Assembly: GCF_900105015.1 (NCBI RefSeq)
Contig: NZ_FNLK01000005.1
Span: 420,001-452,000, forward strand
DNA length: 32,000 nucleotides
Reading direction: 5' to 3'
DNA from: Schaalia meyeri
GTDB lineage: Bacteria > Actinomycetota > Actinomycetes > Actinomycetales > Actinomycetaceae
Part shown: positions 5,827 to 15,233 of the stretch, one piece after another
How the letters are laid out: each line of letters opens with the position of its first letter
Position numbering within the stretch: position 1 is the first letter of the stretch
Program-made: the position numbers and the translations under genes
Notes under the pieces: model-generated
Told to the model about the DNA's origin: nothing
The model's input: the letters and a program-made list of their open reading frames with translations, nothing else
Database searches by the model: none

Positions 5827-8745
5827 TCACTTCTTCACAACGACGTTGACCAGCTTCGGTGCGCGCACGATAACCTTCAGAGGCTCGGCGCCACCCAGCG
5901 CCTTGACGATGGGCGCCTCGGCCAGCGCGGCAGCGGTCAGATCGTCCTGCGAGATCGAAGGCGATACCTCGACGCGCGCCTTCACCTTGCCATTCACCTG
6001 GACGATAGCCGTAACCGTATCCTCGACCAGCAGCGAGGCGTCCTCGACCACCGGGAAGGGCTCGCGGGCCAGGGATTCCGGGTGGCCGAGCCTGCTCCAC
6101 AGCTCCTCGCAGATGTGAGGGGCAACCGGGGCCAGCATGAGGATCAGCGGCTCGATGGCGCCTCGCGGCACAGTCTCCAGGCCGGTCAGGTGATTGTTCA
6201 AGACGATGAGCTTGGATAGCGCCGTGTTGATGCGCAGGTTCTCGTATTCCTCGGTGACCTCCGTGATCGTGCGGGCCACCAGGCGCCGCGTCCCGTCGTC
6301 GGCCCCCTCCTCGCTAACCGTGGGCTCGCCTGTCTGCTCGTCGACCGTGTTGCGCCACAGTCGCTGCAGGAAACGCTGCGAGCCGACCACCGCGCGGGTC
6401 TCCCACGGGCGCGACAGGTCCAGGGGGCCCATGCTCATCTCGTAAACGCGGAACACGTCCGCGCCGTAGGCGTCATACATCTCATCGGGCGTCACGATGT
6501 TCTTCAGCGATTTGCCCATCTTGCCGTACTCGCGGGCAACGGGTTCGCCGCGGTAGGTGAAGCCGCCTGCCTCGTCCCCCTCGACCTCATCGGCGGGCAC
6601 GTACTGGCCGCGAGCGTCAGTGTAGGCGTAGGCCTGGACGTATCCCTGGTTGAAGAGCGTGTGATAGGGCTCGGAGTCGGGCACGTGGCCCAGGTCGAAG
6701 AGGACCTTCTGCCAGAAGCGCGCGTACAGCAGGTGCAAAACCGCGTGCTCCACGCCGCCCACGTACATGTCGGTGCCGCCGCTGGCCTTGCCCTCACGTG
6801 GGCCCATCCAGTACGCCAGGTTCTCCTCACCGGCGAAACGGTCGGTGTTCGTCGGGTCCGTATAGCGCATCTCGTACCAGCACGACCCCGCCCACTGCGG
6901 CATCGTGTTGGTTTCGCGGCGGTAACGCTTGGGGCCATCCCCCAGATCCAGGGTGACGTTCGCCCATTCCTCGGCGCGCCCCAGCGGCGCCTCGGGCTGT
7001 GAGGAGGCATCGTCGGCGTCGAAGGTGCGCGGGCTGTAGTCGCTGACCTCGGGCAGTTCGACGGGCAGCATCTCTTCGGGCAGCGCGTGTGCCACGCCGT
7101 CCTCGTCCCATACGATCGGGAAGGGTTCACCCCAGTAGCGCTGGCGGCTGAACAGCCAGTCGCGCAGGCGGTAGGTGACGGTGCCATACCCCAGCCCCTT
7201 CTCGGTCAGCCAGGCGATCATCGCGGCCTTGGCCTCGTCCTTTCCCAGGCCGTTGAGGTCAATCTCGCCGTTCGCCGAGTCCACGGCTACGCCGTCGCCC
7301 GTGTATGCGCAGACCTCAAGGTCGTGTCCGTACGGGTCGTCGGCCGGTCCGATCGTGCGCACGACGTCCAGGTCGTAGGCTCGGGCGAAGGCCCAGTCGC
7401 GGTCGTCGTGGGCGGGCACGGCCATGATGGCACCGGTGCCATAGCCCCACAGGACGTAGTCGGCGACAAAGATGGGCACCCGGCGTCCGTTGACGGGGTC
7501 GATGCCGAAGAGCCCAGTGAATACGCCGGTCTTGGCGCGCTCGTCGTCGGTTCGCTCGGCCTCAGATTTCGCCGAGGCCTGGGCACGGTAGGCGCTCACC
7601 GCGGCCTTCGGGGTAGCGGCACCGCCCGTCCACGCGGCCTTCGTTCCCTCGGGCCACGCCTCGGGCAGGGTGAGGGCGGCTTCGTCATTCGCGTCGCCGC
7701 CGAGGATCGGATGCTCGGGGGCCACGACCATGAAGGTCGCGCCGAAGAGGGTGTCGGGGCGCGTCGTGTAGACCTCCAGCTCGGACAGGGAGGCCCCCGC
7801 CTCGCGCACGCCGGGCACGTCGAAGCGGACCGTGGCGCCCTCGGATCGGCTGATCCAGTTGCGCTGCATCGCGCGCACCTTTTCCGGCCAGTCGATCGCC
7901 TCCAGGTCATCCTCGAGGCGCTTGCCGTAGGCGGTGATGCGCATCATCCACTGGCGCAACTTGCGCTGAAAGACGGGGTAGTTGCCGCGTTCGGAGCGCC
8001 CGTCCGCCGTGACTTCTTCGTTCGCCAGGACCGTGCCCAGGCCGGGGCACCAGTTCACGGGCGCCTCGGACACGTAGGCCAGCCGACGTGAGTCGACCTC
8101 GGCGGCACGCTCCTTCTTCGACAGCTCCGCCCACGGGCGACCGTCGTGTGTTTTCACGCGCCCGTCGGCCAGTTGCTCCTCCAGTTCGGCGATGGGCCGC
8201 GCGGCGCCCATCGACCCGTCCGGGGCCGTGGCGGCGGGGTCGAACCACGAGTTGAAGATCTGCAGGAAGATCCACTGCGTCCAGTGCACGTACTGGATGT
8301 CGGTCGTCGCGAGCGAGCGGCGAGAGTCATGAGACAGACCCATACGGCGCAGCTGACGGCGCATGTTCGCGATGTTCTGGTTCGTGGTGACCGCCGGGTG
8401 TTGGCCGGTCTGCACGGCGTATTGTTCGGCCGGCAACCCGAAGGCGTCGTAGCCCATCGTGTATAGGACGTTGTCGCCCAACATGCGGCGGAAGCGCGCC
8501 AGCGTGTCCGTCGCGATGTAGCCCAGCGGGTGCCCCACGTGCAGTCCCTTGCCCGACGGGTAGGGGAACATATCGAGAATGAAGTAGGGGTCGCGGGACG
8601 CCAGGGGTCCGGCCAGCGAGCCGGTCGGATTATCCGCGTGGAACGTGCCCAGCTCCTCCCAACGGTCCTGCCACTTCGTCTCGATCTGACCGGCGAGCTC
8701 GGCGGTGTAGCGCTGGGCCGGGGCACCGTGCGGATTTTCGCTCAT
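5827..8745 (-). CDS. leuS: Leucine--tRNA ligase (972 aa)
   Basis: [17 protein letters not shown] (HIGH), the CP1 editing region and KMGKSLKN (KMSKS). I start at ATG 8745 (MSENPHG...) with AGAGGAA upstream; the track's extra 41 residues are Arg/Gly-rich. Confidence 0.95.
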   Translation of the reverse strand: MSENPHGAPAQRYTAELAGQIETKWQDRWEELGTFHADNPTGSLAGPLASRDPYFILDMFPYPSGKGLHVGHPLGYIATDTLARFRRMLGDNVLYTMGYDAFGLPAEQYAVQTGQHPAVTTNQNIANMRRQLRRMGLSHDSRRSLATTDIQYVHWTQWIFLQIFNSWFDPAATAPDGSMGAARPIAELEEQLADGRVKTHDGRPWAELSKKERAAEVDSRRLAYVSEAPVNWCPGLGTVLANEEVTADGRSERGNYPVFQRKLRQWMMRITAYGKRLEDDLEAIDWPEKVRAMQRNWISRSEGATVRFDVPGVREAGASLSELEVYTTRPDTLFGATFMVVAPEHPILGGDANDEAALTLPEAWPEGTKAAWTGGAATPKAAVSAYRAQASAKSEAERTDDERAKTGVFTGLFGIDPVNGRRVPIFVADYVLWGYGTGAIMAVPAHDDRDWAFARAYDLDVVRTIGPADDPYGHDLEVCAYTGDGVAVDSANGEIDLNGLGKDEAKAAMIAWLTEKGLGYGTVTYRLRDWLFSRQRYWGEPFPIVWDEDGVAHALPEEMLPVELPEVSDYSPRTFDADDASSQPEAPLGRAEEWANVTLDLGDGPKRYRRETNTMPQWAGSCWYEMRYTDPTNTDRFAGEENLAYWMGPREGKASGGTDMYVGGVEHAVLHLLYARFWQKVLFDLGHVPDSEPYHTLFNQGYVQAYAYTDARGQYVPADEVEGDEAGGFTYRGEPVAREYGKMGKSLKNIVTPDEMYDAYGADVFRVYEMSMGPLDLSRPWETRAVVGSQRFLQRLWRNTVDEQTGEPTVSEEGADDGTRRLVARTITEVTEEYENLRINTALSKLIVLNNHLTGLETVPRGAIEPLILMLAPVAPHICEELWSRLGHPESLAREPFPVVEDASLLVEDTVTAIVQVNGKVKARVEVSPSISQDDLTAAALAEAPIVKALGGAEPLKVIVRAPKLVNVVVKK

Positions 8746-8915
8746 CTGTGCGTTCCTCTGCTTGGATGGGTCACGTAACATTGCTCCCAACAAGGGTAAT
8801 TCACCGCCGCCCGAGCCGCTTCGCGCGCCCGCCTGCCGCTGCGCGCGAATAGGTGTGGAGCCCGCCATCGTTCACGTCATACCGCCAACGGCTACCGCAG
8901 CGCACCCGGATAGGT

Positions 8916-8921
8916 GACAAT
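8916..8921 (+). promoter_or_regulatory. Candidate -10 hexamer GACAAT, 6 nt upstream of the HIT gene ATG (leaderless geometry)
   Basis: GACAAT-agtcgc-ATG(8928), no SD. Confidence 0.3.
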
Positions 8922-8927
8922 AGTCGC

Positions 8928-9374
8928 ATGAGCACAGTCTTTGAAAACATCATCTCGGGCGCCTGGGCGGGACGCTTCGTGTGGGCTGACGACCTGTGCG
9001 TCGCTTTCGCAACGATCGAACCTACCTCACCCGGGCATGTCCTCGTCGTGCCCCGCACCCCCTACGAGGCGTGGACGGACGCCCCCGCCGATGTGGCCGC
9101 CCACCTCATGACGGTGGCCCGCACGATCGGCCTCGCCCAGAAAGCGGCCTTCGACGTCCCGCGCGCCGGCCTGGCCATCGCTGGTTTCGAGGTCCCCCAC
9201 ACGCACCTGCACGTCATCCCTCTGCGCGACGAGACGGACCTCGCCCTGTCCAAGGCCGCTCCCGCATCCGATGAGGAGCTCGATTCCACGATGACGGCCC
9301 TGCGCGGCGCTCTTTGCGCGGCCGGGCACACCGCTCACGTGCCGACCGACATGAGCTCCGCGGCGCTCGCCTGA
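8928..9374 (+). CDS. HIT family (histidine triad) nucleotide hydrolase/transferase
   Basis: FENIISG....VWADDLCVAF.....PGHVLVVP and the histidine triad HTHLHVIP. ATG 8928 is chosen over the track's 8853. Confidence 0.85.
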   Translation: MSTVFENIISGAWAGRFVWADDLCVAFATIEPTSPGHVLVVPRTPYEAWTDAPADVAAHLMTVARTIGLAQKAAFDVPRAGLAIAGFEVPHTHLHVIPLRDETDLALSKAAPASDEELDSTMTALRGALCAAGHTAHVPTDMSSAALA

Positions 9375-9486
9375 CCCTCATCACGCCACGCCGCGACCTC
9401 CCGGGGTTCTCCCAGCTCGACCACGGAAGTCAGGGGTCGGGGCGGCCAGCCTCGTTTCCGGTCGGTCGTGCCAGTGGCCCACCGTG

Positions 9487-10152
9487 TCAGTCGCGCACGA
9501 TAATTTCCGAGGCCTGGGAAGGCTCCAAGCGCACCGTCTGTCCGTCGCTGAGGGCGACCGTGATCTCCAGGCCGCTTGCGACGACACTCACGCGCGCTCC
9601 GAGGATCAGTCCCGACCGTTCCCAGGCGCGCAACGCACACGGGTCACGGTCCGGCAGGCGCTCAATCTCCCCGCCACTTCCGACGGGGAGGGAGGCCAGG
9701 GGCACACCGGGCACGCTCTCGCTCGACCCGTCGGCGCGCGGAATCGGATCCCCGTGCGGGTCGCGCGTTGGATAGCCGAGCACCCGGTCTAGACGGTCGA
9801 GCAGGCGCTGCGAGACCGCGTGTTCGAGGATCTCCGCTTCCTCGTGCACTTCATCCCACGAGAAACCGAGCGCCTCGTGGAGATACGTCTCCAGCAGCCT
9901 GTGGCGTCGAACCATTCCGAGCGCAACCGTTCGCCCCTGCTCGGTCAGCCGCACGCGCCCGTAGCGCTCATGAACCACCATGCCCCGACGCGTCAGGCGC
10001 TGCACGTTCTCCGTCGCCGTCGACGGAACAACGCCCATGTGTTTGGCTATGTCCTTCGGTTTGACGCCGTCGCGTCCGGCTTCCTCCGCGCTCCACACGA
10101 GTTTCAAGATGTCCTCGGCGACCGCGGAATGCGCGCTCGATGCTTCCGCCAT
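9487..10152 (-). CDS. DtxR/IdeR/MntR family metal-dependent transcriptional regulator with C-terminal SH3-like (FeoA-like) domain
   Basis: RRHRLLETYLHEALGFSWDEVHEEAEILEHAVS aligns residue for residue with DtxR 77-108 as I recall it. The wHTH region is KDIAKHMGVVPSTATENVQRLTRRGMV. ATG 10152 has GGAGACGGAAGGGG upstream; the longer track ORF would run into tRNA-Lys. Confidence 0.85.
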   Translation of the reverse strand: MAEASSAHSAVAEDILKLVWSAEEAGRDGVKPKDIAKHMGVVPSTATENVQRLTRRGMVVHERYGRVRLTEQGRTVALGMVRRHRLLETYLHEALGFSWDEVHEEAEILEHAVSQRLLDRLDRVLGYPTRDPHGDPIPRADGSSESVPGVPLASLPVGSGGEIERLPDRDPCALRAWERSGLILGARVSVVASGLEITVALSDGQTVRLEPSQASEIIVRD

Positions 10153-10234
10153 GGCAGCCCCTTCCGTCTCCAGTCTCATTGTAGGCCCGGGCCCTCCCCC
10201 GCCTGCGACATATGACACGAGCAGGGACGGTGAC

Positions 10235-10263
10235 TTGCAGACAAGCCCCCACCCATGTACATT
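10235..10263 (+). promoter_or_regulatory. Candidate sigma-A type promoter for the tandem tRNA-Lys genes
   Basis: TTGCAG (10235-10240), N17, TACATT (10258-10263). The first tRNA starts 24 nt downstream at 10287. Confidence 0.35.
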
Positions 10264-10286
10264 TATCTCTTGGTTGCAAAACCCCC

Positions 10287-10359
<73 letters not shown>

Positions 10360-10393
10360 CAGCTTTCCCGGCCCGACGGCCGGCGAAAGTCCC

Positions 10394-10466
<73 letters not shown>

Positions 10467-10475
10467 CAGCGAATA

Positions 10476-10504
10476 ACCGGCGGCTCGTGGGTCGCCGGTT
10501 TTTT
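10476..10504 (+). terminator. Rho-independent terminator after the second tRNA-Lys
   Basis: ACCGGCG (10476-10482) pairs with CGCCGGT (10493-10499), 10-nt loop, followed by a run of six T ending at 10504. Confidence 0.75.
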
Positions 10505-10730
10505 ACTGTGGTGCCCCCGCGGCTTTGATGCCCCGTCCCTACCACGCACAATACCCGGGGAGCCCCACACCCACGTTTTGTGATAGCCCACCAATCGCAC
10601 GCGAACCCGCCAGGTTGCACGCTGGCCCCCTTGGCCACGCGTGGGCGGGGCCGCTCACGCGCATCTCAGCGCGTTAACGCGCGCCCCAGCCAGGGGACTA
10701 ACGCGAGCGGGGCAATAGCAGCTCGCACGC

Positions 10731-10764
10731 CAGGCCGGGGCGCCCTCTCGAGCGACCCGGCCTG
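10731..10764 (-). terminator. Hairpin 22 nt downstream of the permease stop codon; no U-tract
   Basis: CAGGCCGGG (10731-10739) pairs with CCCGGCCTG (10756-10764), 16-nt loop. Confidence 0.3.
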
Positions 10765-10785
10765 ACCCGTTCGGACCGGCACCGC

Positions 10786-12477
10786 TTAGTGCCCCGGCCA
10801 GCTGCGGATCGTCGTAAGCGCAGCCACGCAATAGCGGTCCCATGTGCGGCCGCCGATGCGCACTGCCGTTTCTAGGACGACGACAGACCACGCGAGGGCG
10901 ACGATGAAGGCCACCCACTGCGGGACGACGCCAAAGCTCGCCAGGACCAGCAGCACGTAAGAGGGAAGCTGCAGCACCGCGGTGCCGACAAAACCGATGA
11001 GCTGCAGCAACATCGTCATCAGGAACGACCCCGTGCCCTTGGTCGCCAGGGGCGACGTACCCGGAGGCTGAACCGGGTAGACCCAGCGCGCGTTCACGAC
11101 CAGAGTCGTGGCGGCCGCCCCGGAGAAGAACACGATACCCATCACCTGGTGGTACACAAAGTCAGCGGCGCTCGCGTGTACCACCGTGTCGTGGATCAGG
11201 TAGCCGACAACCTGGGGAAGCAGGACCGGCAGGGAACCAACGAGGCGGCCCCGACGTTCCTCGCACCCGCTCATGCCCGATGAAACGACGATCCAGGCGC
11301 CCGTTGAGTCGTACTGCATGAGCGAGCCGGTGGCCAGGCCAGTCGTGATCGGCACCAGATACAAGAAGACACCCGAGAACACCATGGTCTGTCCGCCGAT
11401 GTCGATTCGTCCCATGAGGATCGCCATGATCGGGAAAAGAAGGGCGAGAACGAGGTTCATGTTCAGGCGCGGGTCCACGATCCAGTAGCGCAGGGTGCGT
11501 GCTGCGAGCGACGCGCTGCGGGGGCCGAGGCCGAGCCGGGTGAACCAATCGACGCTGTGCAGCCCCGCGGAGCGGGCTTGTGCGACGCGCTGAGTGCGCT
11601 GGGCAACGTCGATGGAGTCATCGATCAGGTGACGTCCCTCGTCCATGGCTCGCTGTGCGTCGGCCGAGATGTGACCGGCGTACCCGGTCATGACGGGGCC
11701 CAGGACCGTCAGCCACGCGCGCCATCCCAGGTAAGCGGTGACGACGCTAATGGCTGCGCGGATCGCTGCCTCCACCCAGACTCCCTCGACGAGGGAAGCG
11801 ACGACGCCGAAGGGGGCACCGAAGGGGGTCCACAGGGCGATCACCACCCCGGCCTCGAAAGTGTCGAACGAGAAGTTGTGGGCAAGGACGCTGAGCCAGT
11901 AGCCCATCGGCGTGAGGACCACCATGAAGACGGTGACGCCGATGAGCGTGATCAGGTCTTTCTTACCCGAGGTGTTAAGTCGCACGGCGAACCATGTTCC
12001 GGCCGCGCGAGCCCACAGGACCGCGATGCCGAGGGTCACGACGGAAGCGACCAGCCAGCCGAGGGCCTCAACCCACTGCGCGCGCCACAGGGCGAACCAG
12101 GTGGGCAGGAAGAGCAGGACAGCGGAGACGACGCCTCCCGGGCCGACGGCGGTCGCCACCCCCAGGGCCGCTGCCAATCGTTTGCTCGGTCCGACGTAGG
12201 GCGAGAGGCGCACCGGGTCCACCGAGTTATCCATCGACGCAAACAGAATCGGGAACACGAGCCACGCGGCGGCGACGAGAGGGCCGACGAAGGCGAAGAG
12301 CGGAGCCATGCTCGCTGCCTCGTCTGAGCGCGCCAGGAAGGCGACACCCGCAAAGGCGCTCACCCCCAAGAAGGCCATATAGAGCGTCCCAATGATCGAC
12401 AGGACGAGGATGGCGGTCTGGCGACGGATCGTGTTCCAGATGAGCTGGAACTTCAGGCGGATCAGCTGCCCAACCAC
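10786..12477 (-). CDS. Large polytopic ABC transporter permease (563 aa), apparently two fused multi-TM halves; substrate unknown
   Basis: About 12-14 hydrophobic segments by eye, split by a charged linker (HISADAQRAMDEGRHLIDDSIDVAQRTQRVAQARS). I start at GTG 12477 (SD GAGGAGGAGGG upstream), overlapping the ATPase gene by 16 nt. The track's 741-aa ORF adds 178 Arg/Pro/Gly-rich residues that overlap the ATPase in another frame. Confidence 0.7.
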   Translation of the reverse strand: MVGQLIRLKFQLIWNTIRRQTAILVLSIIGTLYMAFLGVSAFAGVAFLARSDEAASMAPLFAFVGPLVAAAWLVFPILFASMDNSVDPVRLSPYVGPSKRLAAALGVATAVGPGGVVSAVLLFLPTWFALWRAQWVEALGWLVASVVTLGIAVLWARAAGTWFAVRLNTSGKKDLITLIGVTVFMVVLTPMGYWLSVLAHNFSFDTFEAGVVIALWTPFGAPFGVVASLVEGVWVEAAIRAAISVVTAYLGWRAWLTVLGPVMTGYAGHISADAQRAMDEGRHLIDDSIDVAQRTQRVAQARSAGLHSVDWFTRLGLGPRSASLAARTLRYWIVDPRLNMNLVLALLFPIMAILMGRIDIGGQTMVFSGVFLYLVPITTGLATGSLMQYDSTGAWIVVSSGMSGCEERRGRLVGSLPVLLPQVVGYLIHDTVVHASAADFVYHQVMGIVFFSGAAATTLVVNARWVYPVQPPGTSPLATKGTGSFLMTMLLQLIGFVGTAVLQLPSYVLLVLASFGVVPQWVAFIVALAWSVVVLETAVRIGGRTWDRYCVAALTTIRSWPGH

Positions 12478-13247
12478 GACAGGCCCTCCTCCTCGTGAAC
12501 GCCACCAACCAGGGAGGTGAAGCGTTCGCCCAAGTCTTTGCCCTGCGCGACCTCGTCGGTCGTTCCCGCCACAAGCACCCGCCCCTTGTCGATGATCGCG
12601 ACGTGGGTGCACAGCTGCTGAACGGTGGCCATGACGTGGGAGGACAGAATCACGGTCCCGCCGCGCTTCGTGTACTCCGTGAGGATCTGGCGAATATTCG
12701 TGGCGGAGACGGGGTCCACCGCCTCGAAGGGTTCGTCTAGGACGAGGATGCGCGGAGAGTGAATGAGTGCGGCGGCCAGCGCGATCTTCTTTGTCATGCC
12801 GGCCGAGTAGTCGGCGATGAGTTTCTTCCCGGCCTCGGTCAGATCCAGGGCGGCCAGCAGCTCCTGGGAGCGCACTCGAGCCGTGTCCGCGTCCAGGCCG
12901 CGGAGCATGGCGACGTGAACGAGGAAGTCGGGACCGGAGAGTCGGTCGAGCAGGCGCATCCCGTCGGGCATGACACCGAGAAGGGAGCGGGCCCGATTGA
13001 CGTCTTTCCACACGTCAACCCCGTGCACGAGCGCTGTGCCGCGATCGGGGGTAAGCAGGCCGGTGACCATGGTCAGGGTCGTGGTCTTGCCCGCGCCGTT
13101 AGGGCCGACGATCCCGTAGAAAGAGCCGGTGGGGATATCGAGCGAGAGGTCGGCGACGGCGATGAGGTTGCCGTAGATCTTGACGAGGCCTCGGATCGCC
13201 AGGGCGATATCGTCCCCAACGGGAGCGGCGGACGGTGATTCGGACAC
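12462..13247 (-). CDS. ABC transporter ATP-binding protein
   Basis: Walker A GPNGAGKTT, signature-like YSAGMTKK, Walker B ILVLDEPFEAVD, H-loop SSHVM. GTG 13247 has GAAGGAG 7 nt upstream. Confidence 0.9.
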   Translation of the reverse strand: MSESPSAAPVGDDIALAIRGLVKIYGNLIAVADLSLDIPTGSFYGIVGPNGAGKTTTLTMVTGLLTPDRGTALVHGVDVWKDVNRARSLLGVMPDGMRLLDRLSGPDFLVHVAMLRGLDADTARVRSQELLAALDLTEAGKKLIADYSAGMTKKIALAAALIHSPRILVLDEPFEAVDPVSATNIRQILTEYTKRGGTVILSSHVMATVQQLCTHVAIIDKGRVLVAGTTDEVAQGKDLGERFTSLVGGVHEEEGLSWLGS

Positions 13248-13389
13248 GAGATACTCCTTCGCTGATCGAAATACCTCTGAAATCTTACGGGGAAAACTTC
13301 GGCGTCCATAAGGAATTCTCGGGGAACGGACACCAACCCCTGATCCGCTCAGGCTGCGTGGCGCCGCGTCTAGAGGCCACGAAATACCG

Positions 13390-13863
13390 TTAGTCGATGC
13401 CCAGCTCCCGACGCAGGCGCTGGACGTGGCCGGTCGCCTTCACGTTGTACTGGGCCAGGGCAACCGTGCCGTCCGGCGCCACGACAACGGTCGATCGAAT
13501 GATGCCGACGTAGGTGTACCCGTAGTTTTTCTTCTCTCCCCACGCGCCGTAGGCCTCGAGAACACGATGCTCGGGGTCGGAGGCCAGCGGGAAGGTCAGG
13601 GAGCGCTTCTCAGCGAAGCGCGTCAGGGCGACCATAGAATCGGCGGACACGCCGATGACCGAGTAGCCAGCGGCCTGCAGGGAGGCCAGGGAGTCGCGGA
13701 AGTCGCAAGCCTGCTTCGTGCAGCCGGGGGTCGATGCCTTCGGGTAGAAATAGATGATGACGCCACGCGAGGATGACGCTAGTTCACGGGACAGGGTGAC
13801 CGTCCCCTGCGTGGTTTCGAGAGTGAAATCTGGGGCCTTCTGGCCGATCTGCACAGCGCTCAT
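13390..13863 (-). CDS. bcp: Thiol peroxidase / peroxiredoxin Bcp (PrxQ type)
   Basis: APDFTL....YFYPKASTPGCTKQACDFRD, with the peroxidatic and resolving Cys spaced CxxxxC. Confidence 0.9.
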   Translation of the reverse strand: MSAVQIGQKAPDFTLETTQGTVTLSRELASSSRGVIIYFYPKASTPGCTKQACDFRDSLASLQAAGYSVIGVSADSMVALTRFAEKRSLTFPLASDPEHRVLEAYGAWGEKKNYGYTYVGIIRSTVVVAPDGTVALAQYNVKATGHVQRLRRELGID

Positions 13864-13870
13864 GCAAGCC

Positions 13871-13876
13871 AGTCTA
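13871..13876 (-). promoter_or_regulatory. Candidate -10 hexamer TAGACT, 7 nt upstream of the bcp ATG (leaderless geometry)
   Basis: The minus strand reads TAGACT-ggcttgc-ATG(13863), no SD. Confidence 0.35.
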
Positions 13877-13915
13877 TCGGGGCACCCTCACCCGGTGCGA
13901 CCGGGGTGGAGCCGG

Positions 13916-13996
<81 letters not shown>

Positions 13997-14139
13997 GCGC
14001 CCCTAAGTGTAACCGATGGGTGCGGCCGCGTCGCCGTACCTCCGGTGAACGGATCGCTCGGGACATGGAGCACCGCGCGCCCGGTGAACAGGGCACCTGG
14101 GGCGTGGATCGACGCCCCCTGGGGGGTGCCAAGCGCCCC

Positions 14140-15231
14140 TCAGCGATCGGCGCGCTCGATCGTGCCCTCGCCCAGCACGCGACTTCCCCGATAGACAACC
14201 ATGGACTGCCCACGGGCGACGCCGCGCGCGCTGCCCTCGAGGGTGACGCTGATCGTAGCGGCGTCCTCGTCGCGGGTCAGGGCTGCAACGGGGATGGGCG
14301 CGCCGTGTGCGCGCAGCTGGACGAACAGATCCGCCGTCTTTACACCGTCGTCGTCGGCGGCGAGCCACACTGCATCGGTCGCACGTATTCGCGAGATAGA
14401 CAGCAGCTCGGAGGCGCCTACGACCACCTGGTTCGTCTCGGGCCTGGTCTGAAGCACGTATCGGGGGCGCCCGTCGGGCGCGGGTTCCCCGATCCGCAGG
14501 CCCTTGCGCTGGCCGACCGTGTAGTTCCAGTAGCCGCCGTGGTGGCCGAGGACCTGCCCGTCGGGCGTGACAATCTCGCCCTCAGCGGACCCCAGGTGGG
14601 CGCGCAGGAACCCCTGGGTGTCCCCGTCGGGGATGAAGCAAATGTCGTAGGAGTCGGGCTTGTTGGACACGCCCAGGCCCAGGCGCTCGGCCTCGGAACG
14701 CACCCATGCCTTGGAGGGGGCATCCCCGAGGGGCAAGACGACGCGACCGAGCTCGTCCGAGCCCATGACGGCCAGCACGTAAGACTGGTCCTTCAAGTTA
14801 TCGGTACCCCGGTGCAGCTCGGGTCCGCTCTCCCCCTCCACGATGGCCGCGTAGTGCCCGGTGCACACCGCGTCGAAACCGAGGGCCCGCGCCCGGCTCG
14901 CCAGCTCGCGAAACTTCACGAACTCGTTGCAGCGCACGCATGGGTTGGGGGTGCGGCCGGCGCGGTACTGGGCGATAAAGTCGGTGATGACGGTCTGCTC
15001 GAACTCCTCGGCCAGGTCCCACACGTAAAAGGGGACGCCGATGATCTGCGCGGCGCGCGCCGCGTCCGTCGCGTCCTCGACCGAACAGCAGCCGCGCGAC
15101 CCGATCCGACACTCCTGAGGCTGGGAGGACAGGGCCATGTGAACGCCAACTACGTCGTGACCGGCCTCGACGGCCTTTGCGGCGGCGACGGCGGAATCGA
15201 CGCCGCCGGAGAGCGCTGCCAGAACGCGCAT
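14140..15231 (-). CDS. mnmA: tRNA-specific 2-thiouridylase (tRNA U34 2-thiolation)
   Basis: PP-loop ALSGGVDSAV, CCSVEDATDA, PNPCVRCN, DQSY. SD GAGGAGGG sits inside the 3' end of the upstream desulfurase gene. Confidence 0.92.
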   Translation of the reverse strand: MRVLAALSGGVDSAVAAAKAVEAGHDVVGVHMALSSQPQECRIGSRGCCSVEDATDAARAAQIIGVPFYVWDLAEEFEQTVITDFIAQYRAGRTPNPCVRCNEFVKFRELASRARALGFDAVCTGHYAAIVEGESGPELHRGTDNLKDQSYVLAVMGSDELGRVVLPLGDAPSKAWVRSEAERLGLGVSNKPDSYDICFIPDGDTQGFLRAHLGSAEGEIVTPDGQVLGHHGGYWNYTVGQRKGLRIGEPAPDGRPRYVLQTRPETNQVVVGASELLSISRIRATDAVWLAADDDGVKTADLFVQLRAHGAPIPVAALTRDEDAATISVTLEGSARGVARGQSMVVYRGSRVLGEGTIERADR

Positions 15232-15233
15232 GC

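Noticed and set aside
10505-10660. C-rich stretches (GTGCCCCCGCGG, GAGCCCCACACCC, CTGGCCCCCTTGG) reminiscent of the actinobacterial 6C RNA.
   Set aside because: I could not fold them into the two stem-loops with C-rich loops that define 6C. C-runs are common at this GC content.
10580-10765. 61-aa plus-strand ORF in the spacer after tRNA-Lys.
   Set aside because: No SD, an Arg/Ala/Gly/Ser-rich product and no periodic GC3 signal that I can see. It is most likely non-coding.
12478-13011. N-terminal 178 residues of the 741-aa track ORF, which would make a giant permease overlapping the ABC ATPase gene.
   Set aside because: This part is Arg/Pro/Gly-rich nonsense in an alternative frame of the ATPase gene. 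The hydrophobic protein begins at GTG 12477, which has a strong SD.
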